From positions 85,996,001-86,060,000 of the forward strand of contig NC_045697.1 of the NCBI RefSeq assembly GCF_009834535.1: a stretch of 64,000 nucleotides of DNA. Reading direction: 5' to 3'. Below are positions 52,218-64,000 of the stretch, piece by piece. Position 1 is the stretch's first letter. Each line of letters opens with the position of its first letter. The notes under the pieces are model-generated. The model did not search any database and was not told the origin of the DNA. It saw nothing but the letters and a program-made list of their open reading frames with translations. This DNA is from Camelus ferus (lineage: Eukaryota). Made by a program: the position numbers and the translations under genes.

Positions 52218-54427
52218 GCTTTATGCTTCCTACCTGACCTTTGAAGGCATCTGAGTTTGTGTCCCCTTTGTTAGAATTTCAACCAAACAGAGGGGACATC
52301 AAACAAACCATTAAAAGAAACTGAGAAGCAGCTGAGGTAAAACTGTGACCCACACAAAAGTACTAAGTTTAGGAGATAATGTATCCATAGCAGTAGAGAT
52401 GGAATTATTAAATTAACCCAAACATATATGTATTTGGGATATGTAAAATTCCTATTTTTATTTGTTCTCCTTCAAAGATTATGCCCTTTTTGATATTGCC
52501 TCAGACAAAAAAATGGCAGGATAATGATACAGTCATGACGTCGATAACTTACATTTGTGAGGGCAATTTTAACTTTTTAAGTACTTTCACATCTGTGGTA
52601 CAAGGCTCTAGGACGGAAATAAGAGCAATTAAAGTAATTTATATGCCAACAAAAACTGAAATGGCCACATAATCAAATAACGTATTTCAAAGCTCATATT
52701 TAGTATCAGAAGAAAAACATTTAAAAAAGAAAATCTCATTATATTGTCCACTTTACATTCCCAAAAGCTTCTCCAATTATTCTCTAATTCCAAAGAATTT
52801 CACCAATTGCATAATCTTTGTTCTCCTGAGATATTGGTGGGGAACAAATACACTACCCAGAAACCTCAGGATGTAGTGAATCCCTCAAGATGCCCTGAAT
52901 CCTAATCATGTTTACTATGCAGTGTTTGGAGCTCAATAAATATTATGACTAAGAAAGCCATTTTTGACTATGATAATGTGATTTCAGATGATTCTTATCA
53001 AATTTTATTATGGTTTTATGGCCAATTATGAGTGGTCCATTCAAAAGTCCTATATGTACTCCATGCCCTACATAAAAATTAGCACTGTGACCATCTAACA
53101 TTAGCATAAATTCATATCTGATTAGCATCTCTGTTGATTGGAAATTCATCTTTTCCACATCTGGATTAGAAGCATTCAGAGACACCAGTGCATTGACAGT
53201 ATGTAGGAGGAGTAAATATATGGAGTAATTTAGGCGTTTGTTACCTGAGAAATTTTGAAGTGAACAGACTTTGTCCACATTAAGTCACACATACACAGAT
53301 GGACATGAGAAGCAGTCTTCTCATACTCATCCTATACGCACTCCAGAGACACCTGCCATTCTCAGCACCTACTTCTATCATATTGCCGGGCTAATGTTCC
53401 AAGGGCACTGCTGGAGCTGAAGCCGTCATGAACACACTTCAAGCAACAGGAAAGAGCAAGGCAGCAAGAGCAAGAGGGCGTGCCCTAGCACTTCCTCCTT
53501 TTAAAGAGAGCACATTGTCCAGCAATGCTAGCTTTTAACTCATTGGCAAGGGAGCCTCACATGTGCAACTCTAAATAAAATCAGGTTTCTTCCATAGAGG
53601 CCCAAGAAATATAAATATTCTAAGAGCTTGCCTGTTGATCCTAATATATCCTAACTCCTCAAGAATCAAAGTTAAAGAAATTGCTTCTTGGAGAATTTTC
53701 TTAGTCATCCTAAAGACGTTAGTTAAAAGGAACATTTGTCACTTGTCTCATGGCATCTATTCTGCCTTTTCTCAGCAACAGCCTTGATTTTCATGTGGGC
53801 ATCCAGTCCTATCTCATTCTTAGACCGTGTGGTCCAGTGCAGGCCCATCCCTTGTAGTAGGGATGGAACATGTTACCCAGGCTTAAGCCAGATCAGCCCC
53901 CTGCTGACTCGTGGGGTGAGCACATGATCTACGCTAGTCCAATCAGAGTGAACCACAAGACTTTTACTAGAATATAAACCCAATAAAAGTCTTACCTCTT
54001 TTCTTTCCACTGCTTCCACAGCATCTAAAACAGTGTCTGGAACAAAGTAGATACTTAATAAATATGATCAAATATTAAATATCTAAAAGTGGAGCTAAAA
54101 GTTGAAGGAAAAATTGGATTTTAATGAGATAGTTTGAATCTCTGTACCTTGGCTAGATCTATGCCTAGGTCATTCAGTGACTAAGTCAATAAATTTTCTT
54201 TGTTTGCTTATAACAGTTTGAGTTTGGATTTCTCGCACTTGCAACCAAAAGGTAATAGGGAAACAGTCTAAGCCAGTAAAGGCTTGATAATTCATTAGGT
54301 TTAGAATATGTCAATCATTTCTATTTGGCAAAAGCAATAAAAATAGGACAATTTAATGAGCAGAACTTTGGAGCCTGATGAGATGAGGATTCATCTTCCA
54401 ACGATTATTTTGTGTTTAAAAATCCGT

Positions 54428-55115
54428 GAGTCTTTTCAACAAACGGTGCTGGAATAACTAGACACCCACATATAAAAAACGAACCTAGACACAGGCCCTA
54501 CTCGTTTCACAAAGGTCAACCCAAAATTGATCCTAGGCCTAAGTGTAAAGTGCGAAACTATAAAACTCCTAGAAGATAACATAGGAAAAAGTCTAGATAC
54601 AACACCAAAATCATGATCTAGGAAAGGAAAAATTGAAAAGTCGAACTTCATTAAAAATTAAAACTTTCTGCTCTGCAAAAGACACTGCTAAGAGTACAAA
54701 ACCAAGCCACAAACTGGGAGAAAATATTTGCAAAGACATATTTGTAAACAAAGGACTGATATCTGAAATATATAAAGAACTCTTAAAACGCAACAATAAG
54801 AAAACAAATAACTCAACTTAAAAATGGGCAAAAGATCTGAACAGACACCTCCCCAAATCAACTTACCTGTAAATCTTCTTTGGCAGGTTCTTAAAAAACT
54901 AAACATATATTCTTACCACATGATCCAGTGATTGTGCTCCTCAGTATTTATCCAAATGGGCTGAAAACTACATCCACACAAAAACCTGCATATGAATGTT
55001 TATAGCCGCTTTATTCATTATTATCAAAAGTTGGTAGCAATCAAGATGTCCTTCAACAGGTAAATGGATAAACAAATTGTGGTACGTCCAGACAATAGAA
55101 TATTATTCAGAACAA
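54428..55115 (+). mobile_element. L1M ORF2 fragment
   Basis: gtcttttcaacaaacggtgctgg...[10 protein letters not shown]...[11 protein letters not shown]. Confidence 0.85.
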
Positions 55116-56989
55116 ACAAAGAAAAATAAAATGTTTAACTAATCAATAAGAATAAATTTTGTAGAAATATTCCTTCTACTTTTATATAAAAGATATCTAT
55201 CTTTCAAATTTCTATAACAAAAAATTTCTATAACACAATGCACATACCTAGAAATTCTACATCCAAGATTTTATCCTATAGATATATGGATACATTGATC
55301 AAAAATTTACATCAAAGGCTTATACAGTGTTGTTAGAAATAGCAAAACCCATGGAACCTCTAATTAGCCATTACCAAAGAACTGGGTAAGTAAACAGTGC
55401 TTCCTTTACATATGGAATACTGCAGGGCAGTTAAAAAGCAGCAGCCCTCTTCGTAGGATGTAAATAAACTCCATGAGGAAAGGAATTGTTGTCTTTTTTT
55501 GTTCACTAATATATCCCAAATAACTAGCATCATGCCTAGCACATGATAATTTCTCAATAAGTATTTGTTGAATAAATGAGTAGGGAATAATTGTTATACT
55601 TTTTAAAAATAAGGTACAAAACAATGTGCATGCAGTATGGCTTCATTTATGTAAATTAAAAAGATACAAATATATATGCATGAATATATATTTTGTACTT
55701 CTACAAGGATAGGTAAGAATCTGGTAACCAGGAAGGAGAAATGGAGACTGGTAGCTAGGGAAGGGAAGAAGATTTAACCTCATTATATTCCTATTTGGAA
55801 ATAAAATTCTCCAAGGGAACAAAAGTAAATATCAACAAAAAAGTCAATAAGGAACTAAAAATGCTCCAATAGAAAAATAGGCAAGATATGAACAGGCAAC
55901 TCACAAAAGAAAAAAATGATCAATACTCAAACTAATAATAGAATGAAAGCCAATAAAAGCAACAAATGATCACTTTTTTACCTATCAAATTTGTAGATTA
56001 AAAATCCTCAAAATGCAAAGTTGGCAAGGGTGGAGGGAAGTGGGCACATTCATTCACTGTTGATGGCAGTATAAATTGCCATATCCCTTCCGGAGGACAA
56101 ATCAGCCCTTGACAATCTGTAATAAAATCTACAAAAAAGTTAGGTATCTCCTTTACCTTTAACCCAAGCTATCCAACTGCCAAGAGTCAAAGAAATGTGA
56201 AAAGTTGTTTGCACAAAGAGATTCAAACCAATGTACATTATATATATATGGAAAAATGTTGTTTACCAACAGAAGACTAGGTAAATAATGAACCCAGTTC
56301 CACTTCGGGTAGAGGTGGGTGGGTATTCCTCACAGCACCATGCAAATATCAGTATGACAAAGTTAAACACAGACAACTCACCAGGAGAAAATGATTCAAC
56401 TTCCAACCGACAAATGATTAGTACATGTATTGTATGTATACATGCATATACATATAATGACTTTATATACAGTCATTATTAAATATATGTATATATGTTC
56501 ATTATGCATGTAGTCATTATATATCTCTGCCACATATAAATTACTTGCAAAGAGATAAACAACCCATTAGAAAAACAGGTAGAAAATGTGAATATGTACT
56601 TGGAGATAAGGAAATTAAAATGGTCAATAAACATGAAACAAGGAGAAAACTTCCCTCAATTTTTCAAATTAAATGAATAAGTTTTCATTGTTTTTTGTTC
56701 CTTATAATATCAAATTTTTAAAAGACCTATAATGTCAAATAATGTAGGAAAGTAGATGCACATATACTGACACAATCATTTAGGATGGAGACTGTCAAAA
56801 TCTACCAACTCTTGAAATTTCTAAACCAATTGACCCAGCAATACTTGTATAAATACAATCTGAAGAAAAATGGCAACAAATGCAATGTCCATCAATAGCG
56901 TATACTCATTAAATTGCTGTGTATCCCATACAACAATTTAAAATAAAGATGATTCTATTTTTATTAAAACTTTTAAAGACATACTCTTC

Positions 56990-57478
56990 AGGTACTATTG
57001 CTATAACAAACTCTCCAGAAACTTAGTGACTTAATCCCGAGGATTCAGCCAGGGCACAGTGAGATTGGCTGGTTTCTGCTGCATGAAGTCTGGAACCTCA
57101 GCTGGGAGGACTCAACAGCTGGGGCTTATTTGCCACCTGGGGCACTCAACTAAAGCACCTCCATGGGGTCTCTCCCCTTGCCTGGGCTTCTTCAGAAAAT
57201 GATGCTGACCTCAGGATACTCCCAATCTTACATGGTGCCTCAGGGCTCTGAAAGTAGGTAGTCCATCAAACGGTGGGAAAATTGCACTGTCTCTCCTGAC
57301 CAAGCTTCATAAGTCAGTGTCACTTCTGCCAAAAGTGACACTTTCTATAGTCACAAGCCTGCCCCAATTCAAGGGAAGGGGACATAGACCCTATCTCTCA
57401 ATGTCAAAGTCACATTGTAGAGTATGTGAGATGGAAGGCAATGTTGTAGCCATCTTTTGGAAAATACAACCTGTCACA
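56990..57478 (-). mobile_element. MLT1-type MaLR LTR
   Basis: ctattgctataacaaac...aaaacttagtgactt...ggaaaatacaacctgtcaca motifs. Confidence 0.65.
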
Positions 57479-57836
57479 ACTTATTAGAGATGAAAGCAAA
57501 TTGCAGCATATTTATCATCTAATGCTGACTATATATGTTTTTAAAGCTTTTATGCATGTTCATGTAAATGTGATTAAATGTGACCGGCTAACTATACGTA
57601 GAAAATACACAGAAAGTCATTTCAAAAGATATACAGCAAATTGTTAGCAACAGTTTCAAGGAGAGGAGTGAGATTATAGTAGTGGGAGGTGGGTGGCACC
57701 ATTCACTTTTCCTCTAATGGGTTGAGACTTTGCAATGAGTTCCCAGTCAAGATGTGTAAAGGATAAGAAGTTGCATGCCCAGAAAACTGCATGCAAATAA
57801 AACGGGGCATGAGACATGATTTGGTGCCAATCAAAC

Positions 57837-58444
57837 TGAGACAGGAGGGAAGGCGGCAGCCATTAAAAGAAGGACATAGCAGTTAGCACCAAGACGGTGG
57901 GAAATTCAACTCCCAGAAAACCTTGAACTTCAATATAATTTCACTGAAATACAATAGCATGCTAAATGGCACTCCCACAGGTGCCAGTATGGTTTCAAGG
58001 CTGACCACAAAAGTCAAAGGGTGGATGATGGCCCAGTTCCTGGGAATCCCATCCCCTTTGCCAAAGTAGTTGGAATAATCCTTCCACTTGTTAGCATATG
58101 AAGTTACCGAGCCCATAAAAACGAGCAACACAGAACCTCATGACAGCTCTCCCTTCTAAGTGAAATGACCCGCACTCTGTCTATGGAGTGTGTATCTACT
58201 TTTACTTTAAATTGAGCACCCAACCCCCACACCTCATGGCCTTCCTCTTGCCTTCTGAGAGGGCCTGCACTCTTGTCTATGGAGTATATATCTCTCTGAA
58301 TAAGTCTACTTTTACTCAACTGTGGCTCACTCTTGAATTCTTTCCTAAGTGAAGCCAAAGACCCACACTTGGTGAGGCACGTCCCAGAGACTCAGCCATG
58401 ACCTGGGACGTGGCCATCCTCTCGCCCCACATTTTCCTGTATCA
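57837..58444 (+). mobile_element. ERV1-type solo LTR (second copy of the 45685 family)
   Basis: TGAGAC...TGTATCA termini and perfect TSD AAAC (57833-57836 and 58445-58448). Confidence 0.9.
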
Positions 58445-58974
58445 AAACCACCTCAGCTAAAATTTCTAAAAAGCATGATCAGGCATCCAGCCACTCAAGT
58501 GTCAGGCACCACTGAGATGAGGGGTAAACATCCAAATGGCTGTCCTGATACGTGAGCCAGGCAGTCCCACCTGGCTCAACTTATGCCGGTGAAGAAGCTG
58601 GGACCCTAACAACTCACGAGCCTCTCTGTTTTCTGTTTGTTGTTTATCACTTTAGCTTTCTAGTAAAAAAAAAAAAAAAAAAGAAAAAAAAATCCCTTTA
58701 AAAACTGCAGTTTGCTCCCAACTGTAATAACAGAAAAAAGGATGTTTTGTACTTACGAGGATCCTTTTGACCAAATTCTACTCCAAATCCAGATTCAGAT
58801 TATGGGCGGTGCTACGAGCAAGGATAAAGGAAGCATGGTATCAGGGTGGGGATTTCTTATTGAATTTAACCATTTTCAGCTGAAATTACTGAAGTGTCCT
58901 TTTGTGTGTGGAGTCTTTAGTAGGAGTTTATTATAAAAGTTCAAGTTTATAACATTTTGTGGTGAATAAATACC

Positions 58975-59535
58975 AAGACATCGTGAAAATACAGTCATCA
59001 AGAGAATGAGGTAATAGCTTAAGGATGATACTATGAAATGGAATAGAAAGCCCAGAAATTGTCCCACACTTATGTAGTCATTTGATTTTCGACAGAGATG
59101 CCAAAGCAATCCAATGGGGAAAGAAAAGTCTTTTCAGCAAATAGGGGGAAAACTGTTCATATATATGGTGAGGGGAGGACCCAATCCTTAGCTCATAGCA
59201 AACACAAAAATTAATTTGAGATAGAGAACAGATACAGTAAAATTAAAACTATAAAGCTTCTAGTCTAGAAGAAAGCACAGGAGAATATTTTTGTGACCTG
59301 AAAGATAGGCAGAAGCCTCTTAAAGAGGACACAGAAAGCAATAATAATAATAAAAAAAAGACAATAAATTTATCTTCAAAATTAAAAAATCTCTCTTTTA
59401 AAGACATTATTAGGAAAATGAATAGGCTATCCACAAATTAGAAGAATACTGTTGTGAAACATTTCTGATAAAAGAATAGGGTCTAGGATAGTTTCAAGAA
59501 TTCCTAGAACTCAATAACAAAAGACAAAGAACCCA
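58975..59535 (+). mobile_element. L1M ORF2 fragment
   Basis: aatggaatagaaagcccagaa...ttgattttcgacagagatgccaaagcaatccaatggg. Confidence 0.75.
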
Positions 59536-59784
59536 AAACAGGACACTGAAGCAAGATTCAAGTGATGCTTAGTGTAGAAAAGCAACCAGACACTTGAGAA
59601 AAGAATTAACCCAATACCATTATCACCATCATATTTTACCAAAACTCTGTATACAATGAAAGAAGCACTAGATATTTTTAAAAGATAACATTAATTGGCA
59701 TATAGATATGCCTATTACAAAGGAAATCCGATACAAAAAAAAAAAATTTTCCATCCACTAACCTCATCCTAATTAACTCTTTGA

Positions 59785-59915
59785 GGGGGAGGATATAGCT
59801 CAAGAGGTAGAGATGCATGCTTAGCATGCACAAAGTCTTGGGTTCAATCCCCATGACCTCCTCTAAAAATAAATAAATAAACCTAATGACCGCCCCTCCG
59901 AAAAAAAAGCAAATT
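59785..59915 (+). mobile_element. tRNA-derived SINE (camelid Vic-1-like)
   Basis: A and B boxes and a tail; approximate TSD taattaactcttt/taattatctcttc; same family as 5697-5827. Confidence 0.85.
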
Positions 59916-59991
59916 TAATTATCTCTTCAAAAAGTATGGGTAATAATAATTCACACATTCAAAAAGCTGAGATACATACATTTAGTATTTT

Positions 59992-59997
59992 TTTATT
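59992..59997 (-). terminator. SMIM43: Candidate poly(A) signal of SMIM43/TMEM155
   Basis: Minus-strand AATAAA at the end of a unique-looking AU-rich stretch (60000-60420), with GT/T-rich sequence downstream. Confidence 0.45.
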
Positions 59998-60449
59998 TCA
60001 TAGCCTTTTAAAAAATATAAACCACTGAATATTTTGAAAAACAGATACAGAATAATCATTTAGCAGCCACAGTATTACAAAAATAAAGTAACACAGAATG
60101 AATTGCACAACAGAATAAAATAATCTCCACCAACTCACTCTGACTAGGAGCACAGAATGTTCACTAGGAATGTTAAGTGGACCGGCACCACCACCTTCCC
60201 ATCAGTTATCACCAGCATCAGTCACAGGACCTGTTCCCAGGAGACCGTTCCATTTATACAGGAGTATGTGCAATGTAGAAATGTCAAGTTAACATCTTGA
60301 ATTTAGTTCCAAAATATCATTTTTCTTTCTCCTCTGAGAGACAAGTTCAATGGCAAGATGGGACCGTGAAGACCATGGAAGCCAGCATATGACTTGCTCA
60401 CATCCCTCCCAGCAAGTTCTAAAACACGAGAAAGGGAAAGGGGTGTGCT

Positions 60450-60668
60450 ATGCTCTACAACACAATAGCCACGAGCCACATGTGGCTATTTAATTTATTT
60501 CAATTTTTTAAAATTATTTAAAATTAAAGAAAATTAAATTTTACTTCCTCAGTCACACTAGCCACATTTCAAGTGTTCACTAGCCACGTGTGGCTACTGG
60601 GTACCACATTAGACACTGCAGATATAGAACATTTCTGTCATCACAGGAAGTTCTTTTGGACAGCCCTG
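60450..60668. mobile_element. MER3-like hAT DNA transposon
   Basis: Repeated tagccac...gtggcta palindromes and the MER3-type end atagaacatttc...ggacagc. Confidence 0.75.
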
Positions 60669-61234
60669 GATGTGGGAAGTGTTTCTTCTGCTTTTGCTTA
60701 ACCAGGATGTAGGCTGCTTATGGAAGCAGCTCTGAGAAGCAATTGTCCCAGGATATTCCTAGATGGGGGGTGGAGTCACAGAGGGGAGTAAAGTAGCCTT
60801 TCCACACAGAGATTACCCTCTCCTGTGCATGAAAGGGATAAACATTTTATGGGGATCAAATACACAACTAGACTCCACCAAAAAATTTGGCAGGAAAATT
60901 AGAGAAAAGATACATGAAGCAGATGGGGAAGCAGCAAGATATAGCCTTCCTTATCTCATTTCAAACCTCCACGAAGAGATTATGTTTTCCAAGAAAGCGT
61001 GCAGCTTCCCAGGGTCCTGCTCTAGAAAATCTTGATGGGGGCAAGTATATGGCTCAGAAATAAGGTCAGTCCTGCCAAGAATTTCTTAAGAAAACCCAGC
61101 ATGTCTTCACTCCTGCTCATCCTCTCAGAGCAGAGCAGTGTTGCTTGGAGTGTTGCTGGTTGTCAAGAAACTACAGTTTTGATCTGTTTCAAATGTTATG
61201 CTCCTTTCCTGTATTTTGTATCCAGAGGACAGAC

Positions 61235-61703
61235 TGCCAGTCGTTCACCCATGATCCACCATTATCTTCTTCCTAATCCAGAGAACTCAGATTTTTGTTG
61301 AAGGCAATTATATGTCCAGCTGCAAAAACTACATTTCTCAGGCAACCTTAGAGATAACAGCAGCCAATGACACAGTCTGGCCAGTGAGATGTAGGCAAAC
61401 ATTGTTGGGCTGCCTGGAAAGCTCTTTAAAAGGAAGCTGACTCAAGCGGAGCGAGTATGCCCTGTTTCTCCTTTGGGCTTCCTCCGTCTTCTTGCGGGGA
61501 ACTGCGGCAACTGTCTTGGAACCTAAGGGAAGAGCCATGGGAATCTCAGGGGCCACCTTGACCCTGACACCTGTGAGCTGCTGAACCAACACCAGTGATA
61601 GCCTACCCCCTACCTCCTTGTTACACGACAGCAAAATGAAACCCCTACTTTGTTTAAGCCACTGTTCAGGAATTTCAAGAAAGCAATCCACCTGGATTCC
61701 CAA
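61235..61703 (+). mobile_element. Ancient MLT1-type LTR, exonised in antisense
   Basis: aaactacatttctcag...ctggccagtgagatgt...tttgtttaagccactg motifs. Confidence 0.7.
61426..61522 (-). other. SMIM43: TMEM155/SMIM43 downstream exon (acceptor to stop of the TMEM155-like frame)
   Basis: Acceptor ctcttcccttAG|G. Translates (R)FQDSCRSSPQEDGGSPKEKQG, similar to recalled human TMEM155 RFQDGPRSTPQEGGGSPQRKRG. Confidence 0.7.
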
Positions 61704-62543
61704 TAAGAAAGATTTTCATCTCAAAATAAAAAAAAAAAAAAATCTTACCTGAAGAATCTGTACATAGTCAATAAGTTCAAGTAACTTCAGAGAATCCCAT
61801 TAATAAAACAAAAGTATAAAAATTTTAACTTGAACCCACCAACACTTTTACAGACTGAAGGTGGAGGAAATGATTAGGCTTATTGTGTAAAATAGCTAGC
61901 TGCTATTAAGGTAAATAACAGGGTTTTTAGCTTAATCCAGCAGGAAGTTCTTTTGAGTGTTTATTATGTTCTGATTATTCTTCTAAACACAGGTCTGCCC
62001 TTCTGATTACTCAAATTCTTATATGGTAAGATGCTAACTACTCAGATAATTAGTCAGATTATTTAATCTATAACTTTATTTTGCATAGACAAAGTAAGAA
62101 AGGGAGAATTGAGAATTTATTTCATTGATTCAACCCCTCCCACCCAAAAAATCAACATCAAAGATCTACAGGTCAATTTTTAACTTTCCCTTGTATGTGA
62201 CACAGACATCTAACAGCAATTTCCTAATGTCCCCAGAGTTTTAATTGTAGGATGTAATTTAATACCTCAGAGTAGCTGTAAAAATTACAAAGTACAATAT
62301 TGTGCAGGTACTCTCTATGTACTGCATTAGTACTGTTACTATGCTAAAAGACCCTAGGTTAGTAGGTATAAGTAACAAAAAATAAGCATTTCCCAATCTC
62401 CTAAATGGTTTAACCATTCACAATGTTTAAAACTTTGGCTATTAAAAAATTTTAACTCTACTGCATTTATTTTGAAACTATAGGCAAGATTGGAAACATG
62501 AAATGCCATGCTAAAAATGGGATATTGCATATTTTTTACTCAC

Positions 62544-62700
62544 CTAGTTCCAAGTTTCCACCCCTGCAAGTGAACCAAAAACAAACCCTGGCACCTTGTC
62601 ATTCCCAGAAAAGCCAGTGCATGGCACACTCTGGGTAAATCTTCTCTCTTATTCTGTGGAATCACACCAGATGGCATCAGTCCCGCATCTACAGCTGTGC
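62544..62700 (-). other. SMIM43: TMEM155/SMIM43 internal exon (157 nt)
   Basis: ttttaAG|GCACAG...GAACTAG|GTGAGT. Translates TAVDAGLMPSGVIPQNKREDLPRVCHALAFLGMTRCQGLFLVHLQGWKLGTR, closely matching recalled human TMEM155. Confidence 0.85.
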
Positions 62701-62833
62701 CTTAAAATTGAAGTTTAGACATAGGAATCTACTTTATTAGACATTTTAGGTTTTACAGGTGTGATGGTGATGTCATTCTGATTCAACTTAAAATGGTTCT
62801 CTTTCCAGGTAGATCTGTAGACTCAGCACTTAC

Positions 62834-62901
62834 AAGTTTGGAAATCAGTAAAACAATCAAGGTTATCCTAATAAGATTTGAAGTCACTTTAAACTGCTGA
62901 A
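62834..62901 (-). other. SMIM43: TMEM155/SMIM43 exon homologous to the human TMEM155 start region
   Basis: Donor AAACTT|GTAAGT. Translates VTSNLIRITLIVLLISKL versus recalled human MASDLIRTILAVALISKL. Acceptor position tentative. Confidence 0.7.
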
Positions 62902-63251
62902 CTTTAGAAACAACAATGAAATAAGAACAGTTGAAACAGAATACTAATATTACATAATAATCAAATTACGACCCATTTCCTTATAATGTAAGAAATTCAA
63001 CTCAGCTTCTAAGATTGCTGAAGAGTCACTAAAAACCTTTTATTGAAAATAAAATAATAATAGCAATGTTCTATAATCAAGTTACACATATAATGAGCAG
63101 TTCTTTTAAATATTCCTGATTTTTCAAGGGTTTTAATGTCTAGCTCATATGTACACTGTCTTCCAAAATAAACTTGGTATGGTGGTTGCCAGGCCCGTGG
63201 TGTGGTCAGTGGATGCAGCAGCCAACATGTACAAGCCTGAAACCCTGATCG

Positions 63252-63457
63252 TTTGCAGATACTAACCACTATATATAAAATAGATAAACAAGTTCATACT
63301 GTAGTGCACAGGGAACTATATTCACTATCTTGTAGTAACTTATGGTGAAAAAGAGTATGAAAACAAATATATATATATATATATATGTTCATGTATGATT
63401 GAAGCATTATGCTGTACACCATAAACTGACACAACATTGTAAACTGACTACACTTCA

Positions 63458-63519
<62 letters not shown>

Positions 63520-63815
63520 CAAAAAAAGAATGTGTACAAGTGGCATAGTAAACAATCTTATGGTTATTGGGGGAAAGGAAGTGGGAAAGGATAAATTTGG
63601 GAGTTTGAAATTTGCAAATGTTAGCCACTATATATAAAAACAGATTTAAAAACCAAATTTCTTCTGTATAGCATAGGGAACCATATTCAGTATCTTATAA
63701 AAATTAATGAAAAAGAATATAAAAATGAATATATGGGTATGTATATACATGACTGGGACATTGTTCTCTGTATACAGAAAATGATACATTGTAACTGATT
63801 ATACTTCAGTTAAAA
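63252..63815 (+). mobile_element. Two tandem young L1 3' ends with a (TA)n tract
   Basis: Two copies of the L1 3' UTR; the second is flanked by aaaaagaatgtgtacaagt (63523-63541 and 63813-63831). Confidence 0.85.
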
Positions 63816-64000
63816 AAAGAATGTGTACAAGTAGCAAAAAATGTAAGTAATGTGAGTTCAAAAGTAGTTCTAATGTGGGAGATGGGTCTATGCTGGGTTT
63901 TGAAAAATGATGATTGAATAAATGAATAAAACAAGGCAGCTTATATGCAAGTATCCAAGTTTCAAAAGCAAGATCTCTAACAAAGAAATGCAAAGCAGGA

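Noticed and set aside
45685..58444. A single 12.7-kb provirus bounded by the two related LTRs
   Set aside because: Each LTR has its own TSD, and no PBS, PPT or retroviral coding sequence is evident between them.
61744..61800. Strong minus-strand donor CAG|GTAAGA at ~61749
   Set aside because: No convincing paired acceptor, and the 62544-to-61522 join already matches the recalled human sequence.

Overview
Mammalian genomic DNA, probably a camelid (alpaca or camel), judged from the tRNA-derived SINE family. It spans the interval between ANXA5 and SMIM43/TMEM155, both on the minus strand. Left end: ANXA5 CpG-island promoter, non-coding exon 1, exon 2 (encoding M-A-Q) and the start of intron 2. 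Right end: three spliced exons homologous to the old human TMEM155 ORF, here lacking the ATG and out of frame at one junction, and a probable poly(A) site. The main accessory feature is an 8.1-kb class I (gamma-like) endogenous provirus at 16126-24237 on the minus strand, inserted in an old L1. It has two LTRs about 5% diverged, a GTAG target-site duplication (TSD), a tRNA-Thr PBS, a PPT, decayed gag and pol, and an intact gag-pol readthrough pseudoknot. Its two most interesting traits are a decayed ~240-codon pre-gag ORF whose stop overlaps the gag ATG (TAATG), and an in-frame-deleted 'mini-Env' ORF with a candidate CUG start overlapping the pol stop. The rest is solo LTRs with TSDs, MaLR and ERVL relics, MER20 and MER3 DNA transposons, L1 fragments, SINEs and microsatellites. 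Gene and repeat names come from recalled sequences, not database searches. Most short ORFs in the track are spurious.
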